Numbered from the stretch's first letter, positions 10,532 to 20,312 are shown. The stretch: DNA of 48,502 nt from Candidatus Thorarchaeota archaeon SMTZ1-45 (GCA_001563335.1 LRSL01000054.1:1-48502), one strand, 5' to 3'. Notes: a model not told the origin generated them from the sequence alone. A program made the numbers and translations.

Positions 10532-11814
10532 TTTGCATAAACTGCAATCTTGTTTCCTTTGTCAAGTACTAGTATTTTCACATCTGGATCCTCATTTATC
10601 CACTCATCTATGACAGTTTGTGGATTTTCTACACTCTCAAGATGAGCTGCCTGCACTGTTTCTTTGTCAAGCTTTGAATATAACAGGACCCGTGACACTC
10701 GCTTCAAGAGCTCCGCAAACTTGTATGCTTTATGCTCATAGAGGTGATACCTACCACTAATCGATTCAATAACATCATCAAGAGGCGCAGTAAGTTTGTT
10801 GTAGAAATTCTCGATTGCTGAATCTGGGGCGATACCATCTCGGCATTCAGCAAGAAACAGAATCTGACCACCATCAACAATGGCATTCTTTGTAAGTTCA
10901 ATTGCTCGCTGAGCATGATAGAGGCTCTTGTCTTGAGGATACCCCCCAGGCGAAACAACTACTCTGGTTCGTGGAGTGACTGTGAAGCTCGAGGTTTCAT
11001 CCAATAGCTCCATTCCACGTGCTGTAACTGGCTCCGGATGCCCTGCATCTGCCCACACAAGTTTCCTGTTACTTGTTATGATAGCAACAAGGAAAATCTT
11101 TGCCTTGCGAGTGATAATTCCCATGGCTTCTCTCATATCATCAGCCAAAGGATTGTTTCTTCTGGACTCATCAGGATGAAATGGATGGATTCCAAATGTC
11201 GAGCGTGGATTGAGTGCTAGAGAATGGTTAGCTTCAATGGTCTTGAAGGCACATAAACCCGGAAGGAAGTTCTTCACCACGTTCGAATAACCCGCGAAGT
11301 AATGTGCCTTCATATCGGACAGACTCACATACACATCATGCCCAATTGCTGAAGCATTTACTATTACTGGAGTCCCTCTTCTGGTTTCTCCCAGGTCAAT
11401 CATGTCTTTCGACTGGCAGTCGTGAATTGTGACATCATAGTTTGTGAGTTTTACATCATCTGCAGCACGCTTAATCATGTCAACAATCTCTAGGTTTCCA
11501 GGATGGTTGACCTCATGTGATCCGGTAGTAATGATGAATTGGACACGATTAGCATCCGTGAGGCGTGGGACAACAGCTGAAATCATCGCCCAGTGTGGTG
11601 CATCACGAGTGTGATCCTCAACCAATACGCATACACTCTTACTCTTCGAAATGTCAGAGAGGAGAGGACCATGAGGATTGTCAAGAACTCTTTCAATCCC
11701 AGATTGCACATCTGCCGAGGTCTTAGTGGTCTTTGGTTCTATAATTCCTGCAAGGTTCTTTTCAGGAATTACAAGCTTGATAGTGCCATCACCATATGTC
11801 ACGTTTACATCCAA
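10528..11814 (-). CDS. Lactate racemase LarA-family (nickel-pincer-dependent racemase/epimerase)
   Basis: EDHTR, TGSH, IHDC, GETRRGTPV.VN, HYFAGYS...K..LPG, NH, SPGGYPQD.SLY.AQ and AECRDG motifs. Confidence 0.85.
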   Translation of the reverse strand: MDVNVTYGDGTIKLVIPEKNLAGIIEPKTTKTSADVQSGIERVLDNPHGPLLSDISKSKSVCVLVEDHTRDAPHWAMISAVVPRLTDANRVQFIITTGSHEVNHPGNLEIVDMIKRAADDVKLTNYDVTIHDCQSKDMIDLGETRRGTPVIVNASAIGHDVYVSLSDMKAHYFAGYSNVVKNFLPGLCAFKTIEANHSLALNPRSTFGIHPFHPDESRRNNPLADDMREAMGIITRKAKIFLVAIITSNRKLVWADAGHPEPVTARGMELLDETSSFTVTPRTRVVVSPGGYPQDKSLYHAQRAIELTKNAIVDGGQILFLAECRDGIAPDSAIENFYNKLTAPLDDVIESISGRYHLYEHKAYKFAELLKRVSRVLLYSKLDKETVQAAHLESVENPQTVIDEWINEDPDVKILVLDKGNKIAVYAN

Positions 11815-11925
11815 TGTTTTACCTCAATAATGGATGAGAGGAACACTCACAAAAACATTCACCATGGTGCACACTTTGATTTGAATCACCAAAACAGATA
11901 TTGCACATTACACAACTCAAGGCTC

Positions 11926-12279
11926 ATGAATGAGTCAAATAACAACAAAGAACAGTCAGGAACTGGTATGACGGGCATGGGTCGCTGGCTAGCTGTTTCA
12001 TCTGAGTTGCCTTGCGCTGTTGTTGCTTTGCTCCTTGTCGGTCAAATTGTAGGGAGTTCGATTGCAGGGCCATCTGGAGCCACATGGGGGGCACTTCTTG
12101 GAGCTGTTTTTGGTTTTTTATTTGGTGTTTACAGTGTCTTTGTTACCATACGCTATTTTGACAGACTTGATATCCAGTCAAAGCGTAAAACGACCTATAT
12201 GCCACCCATGGAAGAAATTCTTGAAGATGTTCGTTTTGACCTAGATGACACTAGCTCCGATGAAACGGATGACTCGTAA
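11926..12279 (+). CDS. Small 2-TM protein resembling the AtpZ/AtpI (ATPase_gene1) family
   Basis: Start trimmed to the ATG at 11926. Two Gly-rich TM helices (ELPCAVVALLLVGQIVG; WGALLGAVFGFLFGVYSVF) and an acidic tail; lies upstream of the ATPase genes. Confidence 0.55.
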   Translation: MNESNNNKEQSGTGMTGMGRWLAVSSELPCAVVALLLVGQIVGSSIAGPSGATWGALLGAVFGFLFGVYSVFVTIRYFDRLDIQSKRKTTYMPPMEEILEDVRFDLDDTSSDETDDS

Positions 12280-12288
12280 TATTTTCAC

Positions 12289-12885
12289 TTACTCCAAAAA
12301 CTCAGAATCGTCCGCATCCAGAACCTCAATGATTAACCGTGTTGCAGTTCTTCCAACTCCTGCAACGATGATTTGGATAAGTAATGCAATGAAGAATGCT
12401 CCGAGCGCAATTCCAAAGATTCTGATTGAGATTGAGTCCAAGGTGACAGCCCAAGGGGTAAGAAAATACAGATCAATGAGATACCATGCATAGACACCAG
12501 TGATTCCCATCAGTGCGACAAGAAGACCGAAAGCAACTACAACAGTCTTCACTCTAGGCGTGTTCATCTTAACTTCTTCAATACCAGGTCCGACGACAGC
12601 ATCTCCAATCCGTCTTGAGAACCTGATGAACACGCTCATTGCAGCTAGAAAAACTAGCAGAGCAACAATACTGGTGAGCAGAAGGACAAGGATTTTCAAT
12701 TCATTATTCATGGCAAAGAACAAATCGCCTACGGCATAGGCTGACAGCGACCCTATCATCATAATGACCGCTACAATCTGTATGACGAAAGTGATGGTTG
12801 CTGAGCTTCTGAAGAGGCTTCCAAGATTGATATAATCTTCACGAGGTGCCGTCATATTGACCATCAAAACCGTTGTAGATTGCAT
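12289..12885 (-). CDS. Hypothetical 4-TM membrane protein
   Basis: 198-aa ORF with four hydrophobic segments arranged as two hairpins, each followed by an amphipathic basic helix. Confidence 0.7.
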   Translation of the reverse strand: MQSTTVLMVNMTAPREDYINLGSLFRSSATITFVIQIVAVIMMIGSLSAYAVGDLFFAMNNELKILVLLLTSIVALLVFLAAMSVFIRFSRRIGDAVVGPGIEEVKMNTPRVKTVVVAFGLLVALMGITGVYAWYLIDLYFLTPWAVTLDSISIRIFGIALGAFFIALLIQIIVAGVGRTATRLIIEVLDADDSEFLE

Positions 12886-13000
12886 GTTATTTGAATTCTT
12901 CTACTCTCAATACAAATCATACAGCGCCTTCGTCAAGCTTATATCGTGCATAAATTGTCTGTCGCTAGTCCTCATCAGATTATGAGGAGAAAAAAAATCT

Positions 13001-14065
13001 ATGATGGCCTCCAAGTCTGCAAATGAATATGGCTTTGTCAATGCAAGGATCAGAGGTATGAAGTCTCGCTTCCTTACAGTTGGCAATTATGAAAGCCTCC
13101 TTTCAAGTGGCAGCTATGAGGATTTTATCAAGATACTCTCCGGAACTTATTATGGTCAGGTTATTAGTAGAGACTCAAGTACTAGCAGACCTGGTCCTGA
13201 GGAGCTAGCTCTTATCCTATCCCATGACTTTGCCAATGTGAGCACGAATCTCTCACGCACACTAACTGGTAAGGTTCGTGACTTCACGAATACCTACTTG
13301 GAGATGTTCATGGCAGAGAGTGTGAAATCGATAATACGAGGTGTCCATGTTGGTCTTGATAAGGATGAGATTTTACGCTTTGCAGTTCCTCAAACACCCG
13401 AACAAGCAATGTTGTTTGAAACTCTCGTGGATGCTGGTTCAGTAAGTAAGCTTATTGACCTTATCCCACAGTGGGATCTCAGAGTCGCTTTATTAACCAA
13501 ATTTCCTAGCTATGAAGAGTTCAACTCAACTGCTCCCCTAGAAGTAGCTATTGAAGAATGGTACCTCAAAAATGTCTTGGAGGCATTGAAGGAATTCTCA
13601 GCTGATGAAGCAAAACGAGTTCTAGATATCTTGGAGTCAAGAGTGATTCTAAGAAATGCACTGACAGCACTTAGGGCTGTCATACTTCAACTCGAATCCC
13701 GTGCTTTGGAGCAGTCATTGATTAGATTTGCCAAAGCTAGGGAGTTTACAGACTCTCTCAAAACTGTGAATACCTGGAGAGATGTCATTAATAGGTTGGA
13801 CACAACTCGTTTTGGTCAGTTTGCTGGAAGAATCGCCCGACTCTATGAGGAAACCGAGGACCTCTCAGATGTGGAGCTGGCAATTGAGGATTATATAGCT
13901 CAGAGAGTAAAACAACAGCTGACCGCATATCCCTTTCACCTAGGAACAATCATTGGATTTTTCAGTCTCAAATATTACGAGGTTAGAAATATCCGTTCGA
14001 TTGCTGTTGGTGTCGAACGAGGACAGTCAGCCGAAAATATTAGGAAAATGATTATAATCTGGTGA
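13001..14065 (+). CDS. atpC: A/V-type ATPase subunit C (V0 d-like)
   Basis: YGFVNARIRGMKSRFL at the N-terminus; C-terminal YPFHLGTIIGFFSLKYYEVRNIRSIAVG. Confidence 0.92.
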   Translation: MMASKSANEYGFVNARIRGMKSRFLTVGNYESLLSSGSYEDFIKILSGTYYGQVISRDSSTSRPGPEELALILSHDFANVSTNLSRTLTGKVRDFTNTYLEMFMAESVKSIIRGVHVGLDKDEILRFAVPQTPEQAMLFETLVDAGSVSKLIDLIPQWDLRVALLTKFPSYEEFNSTAPLEVAIEEWYLKNVLEALKEFSADEAKRVLDILESRVILRNALTALRAVILQLESRALEQSLIRFAKAREFTDSLKTVNTWRDVINRLDTTRFGQFAGRIARLYEETEDLSDVELAIEDYIAQRVKQQLTAYPFHLGTIIGFFSLKYYEVRNIRSIAVGVERGQSAENIRKMIIIW

Positions 14066-14085
14066 GATTTGGAGGAAACGATCAC

Positions 14086-14490
14086 ATGAAAATCGACAAT
14101 CGAATCAAGTTCATAGCCATGATGTTTATGGGCATAGTACTACTTACACTGGCAGTATTTGCAATTTCTATGGCGGATACTTCGACAGTTCTAAGAGCAC
14201 TAGGCGTACCAGTTGATAATGGGTATGTGCCCGCGCAACTTGCCGATGGAGACGGTTGGGCCATTCTTGGTCTTGGAATTGGTGCTGGTCTTGCCCTAGG
14301 TCTAGCTGGAATTGGTGCTGGTCTTGGAATGGGTACAGCTTCTGCAGCAGCACTCGGAGCCATCACCGAGAAACCTGAAACCTTCGGAAAGAGTATTCTA
14401 TATGTAGTATTCATCGAAGCTGTAGCAATCTATGGCTTTGTCATTGCATTCCTTCTTGTAGGATACATCCCCACTATTCTCGGTCACTAG
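14086..14490 (+). CDS. atpK: A/V-type ATPase proteolipid subunit K (c) with N-terminal hydrophobic extension
   Basis: GAGLALGLAGIGAGLGMG...GAITEKPETFGKSILYVVFIEAVAIYG with the ion-binding Glu. SD GGAGG precedes the ATG at 14086. Confidence 0.93.
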   Translation: MKIDNRIKFIAMMFMGIVLLTLAVFAISMADTSTVLRALGVPVDNGYVPAQLADGDGWAILGLGIGAGLALGLAGIGAGLGMGTASAAALGAITEKPETFGKSILYVVFIEAVAIYGFVIAFLLVGYIPTILGH

Positions 14491-14529
14491 TAAGACACAG
14501 AGAAACTAGTAGAGGTGATCTTCCTCCCT

Positions 14530-15159
14530 CTACTCTTTCTTTTCTTCAGTACCAAATAGGATTGATGAGATAGTGTCGCGTATCTTATCTCCATAACGTT
14601 CGAGTCTCGCTTCGAATGTATTGTCAACCCATCTGGTTAAGTCCTTGTTCCGCACAACCGCTCCGCCTGTTGCGCGCAGGTTTTCTTTCGCAATACTGAG
14701 TTTTGTCTTTTGGCCGGACTTTTTATTCACAGCCGCTTCAACTGCCTTCAGATCGATGTTAGAGGCGTGTCCCTTTGGCACTACAATCTCCAACTCTGAC
14801 TCTTCCAGGGGTGCTGCCGCATCAACAATCAAACTCTCTAGAGTTGCACCATAGGCTTCCTTTTTCACCAACTCTTCAAGATGTTTCCTTGTCTTTGACA
14901 TGACCTCTTCGATTAAGGCTTCTTTCGCCTCAAGAAGTTTGTATTTTGACTTGAGCTTAGCACTTGCTTCATATCTTGAAACCTCTGCATTTGCCTCAAT
15001 CTCAGCCTTGCTAGTGATTGATGCAGTGATACTCTTTGCCTTGGCTCGTGCTTCTTTCAGCTTCTCCTGTTTATGTTCCTCTGCCTCGGAAAGGATATCT
15101 TTCTCTTTTTCAGCAGTCTTCAAATTTATGATCTCAATTATGTTTGTCAATCCACTCAT
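14530..15159 (-). CDS. atpE: A/V-type ATPase subunit E
   Basis: MSGLTNIIEII, a long charged coiled coil, and GGAVV......VDNTFEARL. Confidence 0.92.
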   Translation of the reverse strand: MSGLTNIIEIINLKTAEKEKDILSEAEEHKQEKLKEARAKAKSITASITSKAEIEANAEVSRYEASAKLKSKYKLLEAKEALIEEVMSKTRKHLEELVKKEAYGATLESLIVDAAAPLEESELEIVVPKGHASNIDLKAVEAAVNKKSGQKTKLSIAKENLRATGGAVVRNKDLTRWVDNTFEARLERYGDKIRDTISSILFGTEEKKE

Positions 15160-15163
15160 GACA

Positions 15164-15493
15164 TCATACCTCCCCTAGTAGGATCTTCACGACTGCTTGA
15201 TATGCTACATCCTTCTTCTTTTGGGCGGTTTCTTTCATTTTCTTTATGGTCTTCTCTGTTTCCTTGAAAACCTTTGATTCAATCTCCACCTTTCTACTCT
15301 CAATATCACTGAGCATTCTAGTAGCAGAGTCTTTTGCCTCTCTCTCTGCAACCTCGATAATCATCCTTGCTTCTTCGTCCGCATCCTCATGGATCTTACG
15401 TGCTTTCTTCTTAGCATCTTCGATTCTCTTTTTAGCTGCTTTCTCAGTTTCATGAATCTGGTCGATTTCATCGTGTGGGGTACTCATGACCAT
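15164..15493 (-). CDS. atpH: A/V-type ATPase subunit H/G (peripheral stalk)
   Basis: I..IHETEKAAKKRIEDAKKKA coiled coil ending in AVVKILLG; directly upstream of subunit E. Confidence 0.8.
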   Translation of the reverse strand: MVMSTPHDEIDQIHETEKAAKKRIEDAKKKARKIHEDADEEARMIIEVAEREAKDSATRMLSDIESRKVEIESKVFKETEKTIKKMKETAQKKKDVAYQAVVKILLGEV

Positions 15494-15662
15494 TCCTCAT
15501 AGTGCACGATAGTAGTTCATCACCGATACCATCCCCCTTTAAAGATTAATGTCAGCACGTAAAGGTTATTTAGAGCATAGGATGCATCCCGTGCTTACAC
15601 AGCTCAGTATAAAGTGCCACTTGGAACGTCAATTCTGAATCTGTGATACTGGTGATTATACA

Positions 15663-17822
15663 ATGAATCTTCGAATGAGTCCTCAGGAAATGATTGTGGC
15701 CAAGGTTGTTTCACATAAGGATTTTGAGAGACAGGTCTTGAAGTCAATAGAGGAATTCGCTCTCTTTGAATTCATTGATGTTCGACGACAAGCTGGAATT
15801 GTTGATGTTAAGAGGACACGCGAAGAGGAAACCGTTTACTCTGCTCTCGAACGATTGACAAAGATTCTCGAATCGCTTGAGATTGACAACACAAAACGGA
15901 CTGGAGTCTACACTGAGGTTGAGGATACAACACTTCAGAACTCACTTACACTAGCAGCAGAGGTTATCTCTGCTGTCGAAGCAGAGGTCCTAGATATTGA
16001 CTCCAAGGCAACGATAGCTCGCCTAGAGATGGAGCGTCAAAGGGGAATTGCTGATGTTGCTATGTCCCTTAAACCGCTTGGTATAGATCCTAGTTTTATT
16101 GGCACTACTGACTTCACATTCACCACTGCTGGAATTATTCCCTCAGGAAGAGAGTCTGAATTGGAATGGAGTATCAATGAGGTCACTGAGGGTGCTTTTA
16201 CAATAGGTCGACTACCACTGAAACGAGGGGGCTCTGCATGTGTCATCACTGTGCCTGTTGAACTGAAAGACGCTGTTGAACGAATTCTCTCTGCAATGCA
16301 GTTTGAAGCATTTGCTATTCCTGAAGACTCTGCAGGTCAACCAGAGAAGATTGTGACTGATGCTGAGAATCAGATTGCTGAATTGAAACAAGAGGTCGAG
16401 CAACTCGAGATCAGTAAAGAGCACATAGCACTGGAATGGGGGTCACGAATTCTAGCTGCTTGGGAAACCCTTGATATCGAGCGACGGAGAATTGACAAAA
16501 AGAGTTTCATTGTTTACACTGAGCAGTCTATAAAGATGTGGGGGTGGATTCCAGAGGGTAAGGAAGCTGAGCTAGAGTCTATTCTACATGCAAATGTGGG
16601 CCCTGCTCTCGAAGTGACCTTCGATAAGCCTGATTTCGCAGAGGTTGAGGCACCTACCTACATCTCAAACCCTTCATTCATGAAGCCAACAGAGGATGTT
16701 GTCAAGGCTTTTGGGATTCCCTCTCGACATGATTTAGACCCTACAAAGTTCATGGCACTCTCTTTCCCAATAATCTTCGGGTTGGTTTTTTCGGATGTTG
16801 GACAAGGTTTCCTGATCCTCCTCATTGGATATGCTGCCCTAAGAGCAAACAAGAAGGGTCAGGACTGGGGTTCTATTCTAGGATATGTCCAGAATGGAGC
16901 TCAAGGTTTGATGCTGATGGGCATTTTTGCGATGATAGGTGGGTTCCTGTTTGGGAGCTTTTTTGGCGCAGAAACCGTCATTGAACCCTTGTGGCCAATA
17001 TTTGCACATACTGATCCAAACCGTGCAACACATATGCTCAAACTCTCGATCGAAGTTGGAGTCATTCATATCTCATTGGGAATAATTCTGAGCCTCTATA
17101 ACGAATTGAAACACAAGCACAGACGAAAAGCCCTGATTGCAGTATCATATCTGTGGTTATATCTTGGCTTCATTAACCTTCTTTTTGGTGTTAGCTACAA
17201 TAGTATTGGAAGCTGGTTCTCTGCAACTGGTACCGTTTCCCTATGGCTTCCAATAATTGGTATTGGGTATGGTACCGGCTCTCACAATCCGTTTTATCCC
17301 GTCCTTCCAATAGCCCCGATGATGTTCACACTATTGATGTTTGTTATTCCACTTGTAATCATGATGATTGCCTCGTTTTTAGGAAAAATGGATGGCATTG
17401 TATATTTCTTAGAATATGTCATTGGAATGATTAGTCACACTGTCAGCTATGCACGTATCTTTGCGCTGAATACAGTCCACATTATCCTCAGCAGTGTATT
17501 CATTATACTTCCTGAGCTGTTCTTTATCTACTTCCCTCCCCTCTCATTGTTTGGGGTTGAGATTATTCCTCATGAAGTACATACTCTGCACTACAGTGGA
17601 GTACCAAGAATGCCTTTCCTTGGTGCTGCAATTGGTACATTAATAGTTGGAATTCTTGAGGGTCTCCTTGGATTTATGCACACACTCAGGTTACACTTTG
17701 TTGAGTGGTTCAGCAAGTTCTATCATGCTGGCGGTGTTGAGTTCCAACCATTCCGTGTGAAACGTCTACACACAGCGAAAATCACACCACAGGCTATTGC
17801 CTCAAACATTCCGGTTTCATGA
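15663..17822 (+). CDS. atpI: A/V-type ATPase subunit I (a)
   Basis: P.EM, GWIP, APT...NP, DPT....SFPIIFG..FSDVGQG, essential-Arg motif SHTVSYARIFAL, and LRLHFVEWFSKFY. Confidence 0.95.
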   Translation: MNLRMSPQEMIVAKVVSHKDFERQVLKSIEEFALFEFIDVRRQAGIVDVKRTREEETVYSALERLTKILESLEIDNTKRTGVYTEVEDTTLQNSLTLAAEVISAVEAEVLDIDSKATIARLEMERQRGIADVAMSLKPLGIDPSFIGTTDFTFTTAGIIPSGRESELEWSINEVTEGAFTIGRLPLKRGGSACVITVPVELKDAVERILSAMQFEAFAIPEDSAGQPEKIVTDAENQIAELKQEVEQLEISKEHIALEWGSRILAAWETLDIERRRIDKKSFIVYTEQSIKMWGWIPEGKEAELESILHANVGPALEVTFDKPDFAEVEAPTYISNPSFMKPTEDVVKAFGIPSRHDLDPTKFMALSFPIIFGLVFSDVGQGFLILLIGYAALRANKKGQDWGSILGYVQNGAQGLMLMGIFAMIGGFLFGSFFGAETVIEPLWPIFAHTDPNRATHMLKLSIEVGVIHISLGIILSLYNELKHKHRRKALIAVSYLWLYLGFINLLFGVSYNSIGSWFSATGTVSLWLPIIGIGYGTGSHNPFYPVLPIAPMMFTLLMFVIPLVIMMIASFLGKMDGIVYFLEYVIGMISHTVSYARIFALNTVHIILSSVFIILPELFFIYFPPLSLFGVEIIPHEVHTLHYSGVPRMPFLGAAIGTLIVGILEGLLGFMHTLRLHFVEWFSKFYHAGGVEFQPFRVKRLHTAKITPQAIASNIPVS

Positions 17823-17833
17823 CAGATTAAGAA

Positions 17834-20179
17834 TCATTGTTCCGCTGACCCAAGGTAGAGTGCAATAAGCTCAGTTTCGCCCTTCTCGCTTGGGTCTTGG
17901 TCTCTCTCTAGCCGTTGTCTGTTGTCCCAGATACTCCTTGCCAGTAGGTCCGTAGTCTTCGCACGATTATCGACATTCTGAGCTGCTTGTGCATCACCTA
18001 CTGACTGAAAGACCTGTGCTGCCACTGTATAGTTGCCAACAGCTTCTCGAAGCTGGTCGTTTGCATCTGTGTAATGCATCTTTGCCTTGGATTTCTTTCC
18101 TGTCTTGAACATGTATTCTGCCATGAAGTCACTTCGGGCTCCCAGGATTCTAGAGAGGTCTCCTTTGAACTTCATTACTACACCTTGAAGCTGCTTCACT
18201 TGAATCTCAACATTATTCCTGATACGTATCATTTCACCCTTCACGCTGTCAAGCTCATTAGCAGCCGACTCGAATGATGCTACAGTCTGCTTTATTCTAG
18301 ATATTGCCCCATCATGTATTTCCAACGCATCCTCAATTGGATCCTCCTCCTCGAGCTGTGCTAACTCATCCTCTAGTTTCCTGAAAGCATTCATCCTCTC
18401 GATCTGTGCTCTGAATGACCATTGCTCAGACTGTCTTGAATATACTTGTGCCTCTGAAGCGAAAGCTGTAGCCAATGCAAGCTTTCCTAAATCTGTAAGC
18501 TCTGCAGCCTTGGCTTTTTCACCAAGGACTTTGTAATATGAGGCTGCTTCAGCGGCGTGAAGATTCTCAAGAATACGGGACATGATGAACTTCACTCCAT
18601 GTGTCAGCTGAGAACTCAATTGAAACTGAATCATGTACTTGACATTATTGAGGAGTGCAAGTGTTCTGTTTCGAAGGTTTCCCACTTCTTGATCTTCCGC
18701 CTCAATGCTCAAAAGAATGCCCAGACTGTTTAGACCCTCGCGAATCGCATCCAGTGCTTCGGCTGGATTGCTTACCATTAGTTCCTCGGCTTCATCTAGG
18801 TCTTTGCCCACGTCTTGAATGAGCCCAGTCTTTCGAAGGTCTTTGGCAAACTCAATCTGGTCAATTATATTGCTGATATCGTCAGTCTTTTTCTTACGTT
18901 TGTCAAGAAGGTCCTTAACGAATGTGTATGTCTTTAGGTCCTCCTTGATGGCGCTAGTGAGTTCTCGTGTCTTCGCCAGTTTTTCTGCCCTTTCCAGATT
19001 TTTGAAAATGTCCTTCAAGACAAGATTTGCTTCGCTCTTATTGTTGAGCGTAATTAATTCTGAAAGAGTTTGTACACTTGCCTCCACGCTACAATACAGA
19101 GACTGGGCTTTCTTCTGCTCTTTGTCAATACGTGATTGCTCAGCATTGGTCTGAAGCGCAAGCACTTCTCTGAAACATTTCTCTGCCCGACCAAAGGCAT
19201 CAGAAGCCACTTGGTAGAGTTTTGAAGCGTCCTCTAAGTTACCTGCACGCATCTGAGCATCGGCAATGTCAGTGTAGGTCATGGCGAGGTATACCTCGCT
19301 AAGTCCTGCGGTGTTCTGTTTCCAGGATTTTATCATTGATAGTCTATCTTTTTCCTCACGTTTTTTTCCGAAGTGTGGAATCGCCTCATTGTAGAGGTCT
19401 GTTGCTTGTTCAAATATGAAAGAGCTAATGATGTCCCGCCAGACAAGCTCATCGAATGGATTGAATGCTTGTCTGAATGTGCTCTCTTGACTGATGAGTT
19501 CGTTCAAGAACTCGTCATAGAACTCAGCCTCCGCACTCTTGTTTCTTCCAAGTATGGATGAAAGCTCAGCATCTTTTGCTTCATGGCTCTCTTTCAAGAG
19601 GGCGTAGGCTTGCATACCTAGCGCAACTCGCCGGAGTTTTTGTGTCCCATCAACTTTCATAGGAACCGCAGAGAATGGTTTCTCGAGCATCGTATAGACT
19701 GCTGCAAGATACTTAGAAGCACTTTTCATCTTGTCCACATGTTCCTCCTCAACTAAAGGTCCACTTGCCGCGGCGGCTTGATGAAGCCATGCCATAACTC
19801 GAGCCATCCAAACATCAGCCAAGTTTCCCTGAGCCTGCGCTGTTAGCTCTTCAAGCGCTCCCTCGAGTTGTTTCTTAGCCTCTCCCTCACTCTGTGCAAT
19901 CCTATTTCTCAAGTATGCAAGATCAAAGTCATCAATCATGATCTGTTCACTGAAGGCTGCAATATTATCGTAAAGCTCTGTGAATGAGTCATGCATCTCT
20001 ATACGCTTTTTCTCAAGTCCCTCACGGTCATCTATATCATGGAGCGCAAACTCTCTCACAGCATCTTGTGCTTTAATATTCTGCTCGAAAAGTAGACTAG
20101 TAAAAATTGTAGTATCGTCTATATCAGCGTCATCCTGTTGACTTGCTTTCTTCTTCGAGCCAGGTAGAACATCACTCAA
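17834..20179 (-). CDS. Large all-alpha-helical hypothetical protein (TPR/SNAP-like solenoid suspected)
   Basis: 781 aa, Ala/Glu/Leu/Lys-rich, very few Pro. Repeated A...Y..A...F...G patterns. TTG start preceded by SD GGAGGA. Confidence 0.75.
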   Translation of the reverse strand: MSDVLPGSKKKASQQDDADIDDTTIFTSLLFEQNIKAQDAVREFALHDIDDREGLEKKRIEMHDSFTELYDNIAAFSEQIMIDDFDLAYLRNRIAQSEGEAKKQLEGALEELTAQAQGNLADVWMARVMAWLHQAAAASGPLVEEEHVDKMKSASKYLAAVYTMLEKPFSAVPMKVDGTQKLRRVALGMQAYALLKESHEAKDAELSSILGRNKSAEAEFYDEFLNELISQESTFRQAFNPFDELVWRDIISSFIFEQATDLYNEAIPHFGKKREEKDRLSMIKSWKQNTAGLSEVYLAMTYTDIADAQMRAGNLEDASKLYQVASDAFGRAEKCFREVLALQTNAEQSRIDKEQKKAQSLYCSVEASVQTLSELITLNNKSEANLVLKDIFKNLERAEKLAKTRELTSAIKEDLKTYTFVKDLLDKRKKKTDDISNIIDQIEFAKDLRKTGLIQDVGKDLDEAEELMVSNPAEALDAIREGLNSLGILLSIEAEDQEVGNLRNRTLALLNNVKYMIQFQLSSQLTHGVKFIMSRILENLHAAEAASYYKVLGEKAKAAELTDLGKLALATAFASEAQVYSRQSEQWSFRAQIERMNAFRKLEDELAQLEEEDPIEDALEIHDGAISRIKQTVASFESAANELDSVKGEMIRIRNNVEIQVKQLQGVVMKFKGDLSRILGARSDFMAEYMFKTGKKSKAKMHYTDANDQLREAVGNYTVAAQVFQSVGDAQAAQNVDNRAKTTDLLARSIWDNRQRLERDQDPSEKGETELIALYLGSAEQ

Positions 20180-20222
20180 TAGAGCATCCTCCTATTATGT
20201 CGCGCCCAAAGAAGAAACAGCT

Positions 20223-20240
20223 TACTCTTACTTAAGAGTA
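20223..20240. promoter_or_regulatory. Perfect 8-bp inverted repeat TACTCTTA-ct-TAAGAGTA overlapping a TATA-like element; candidate operator
   Basis: Seen directly in the sequence, about 45-60 bp upstream of the 20179 start. Confidence 0.35.
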
Positions 20241-20312
20241 CTTACGCTGAGCGCCTTCTCAAAAACCGACAATATACTCGTCGCTACCAATGATACAATG
20301 CCACTTGTATAA

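Noticed and set aside
11593-11925. N-terminal 111 aa of the 228-aa ORF
   Set aside because: It overlaps the larA homologue on the opposite strand and looks non-protein-like. The ATG at 11926 is the plausible start.
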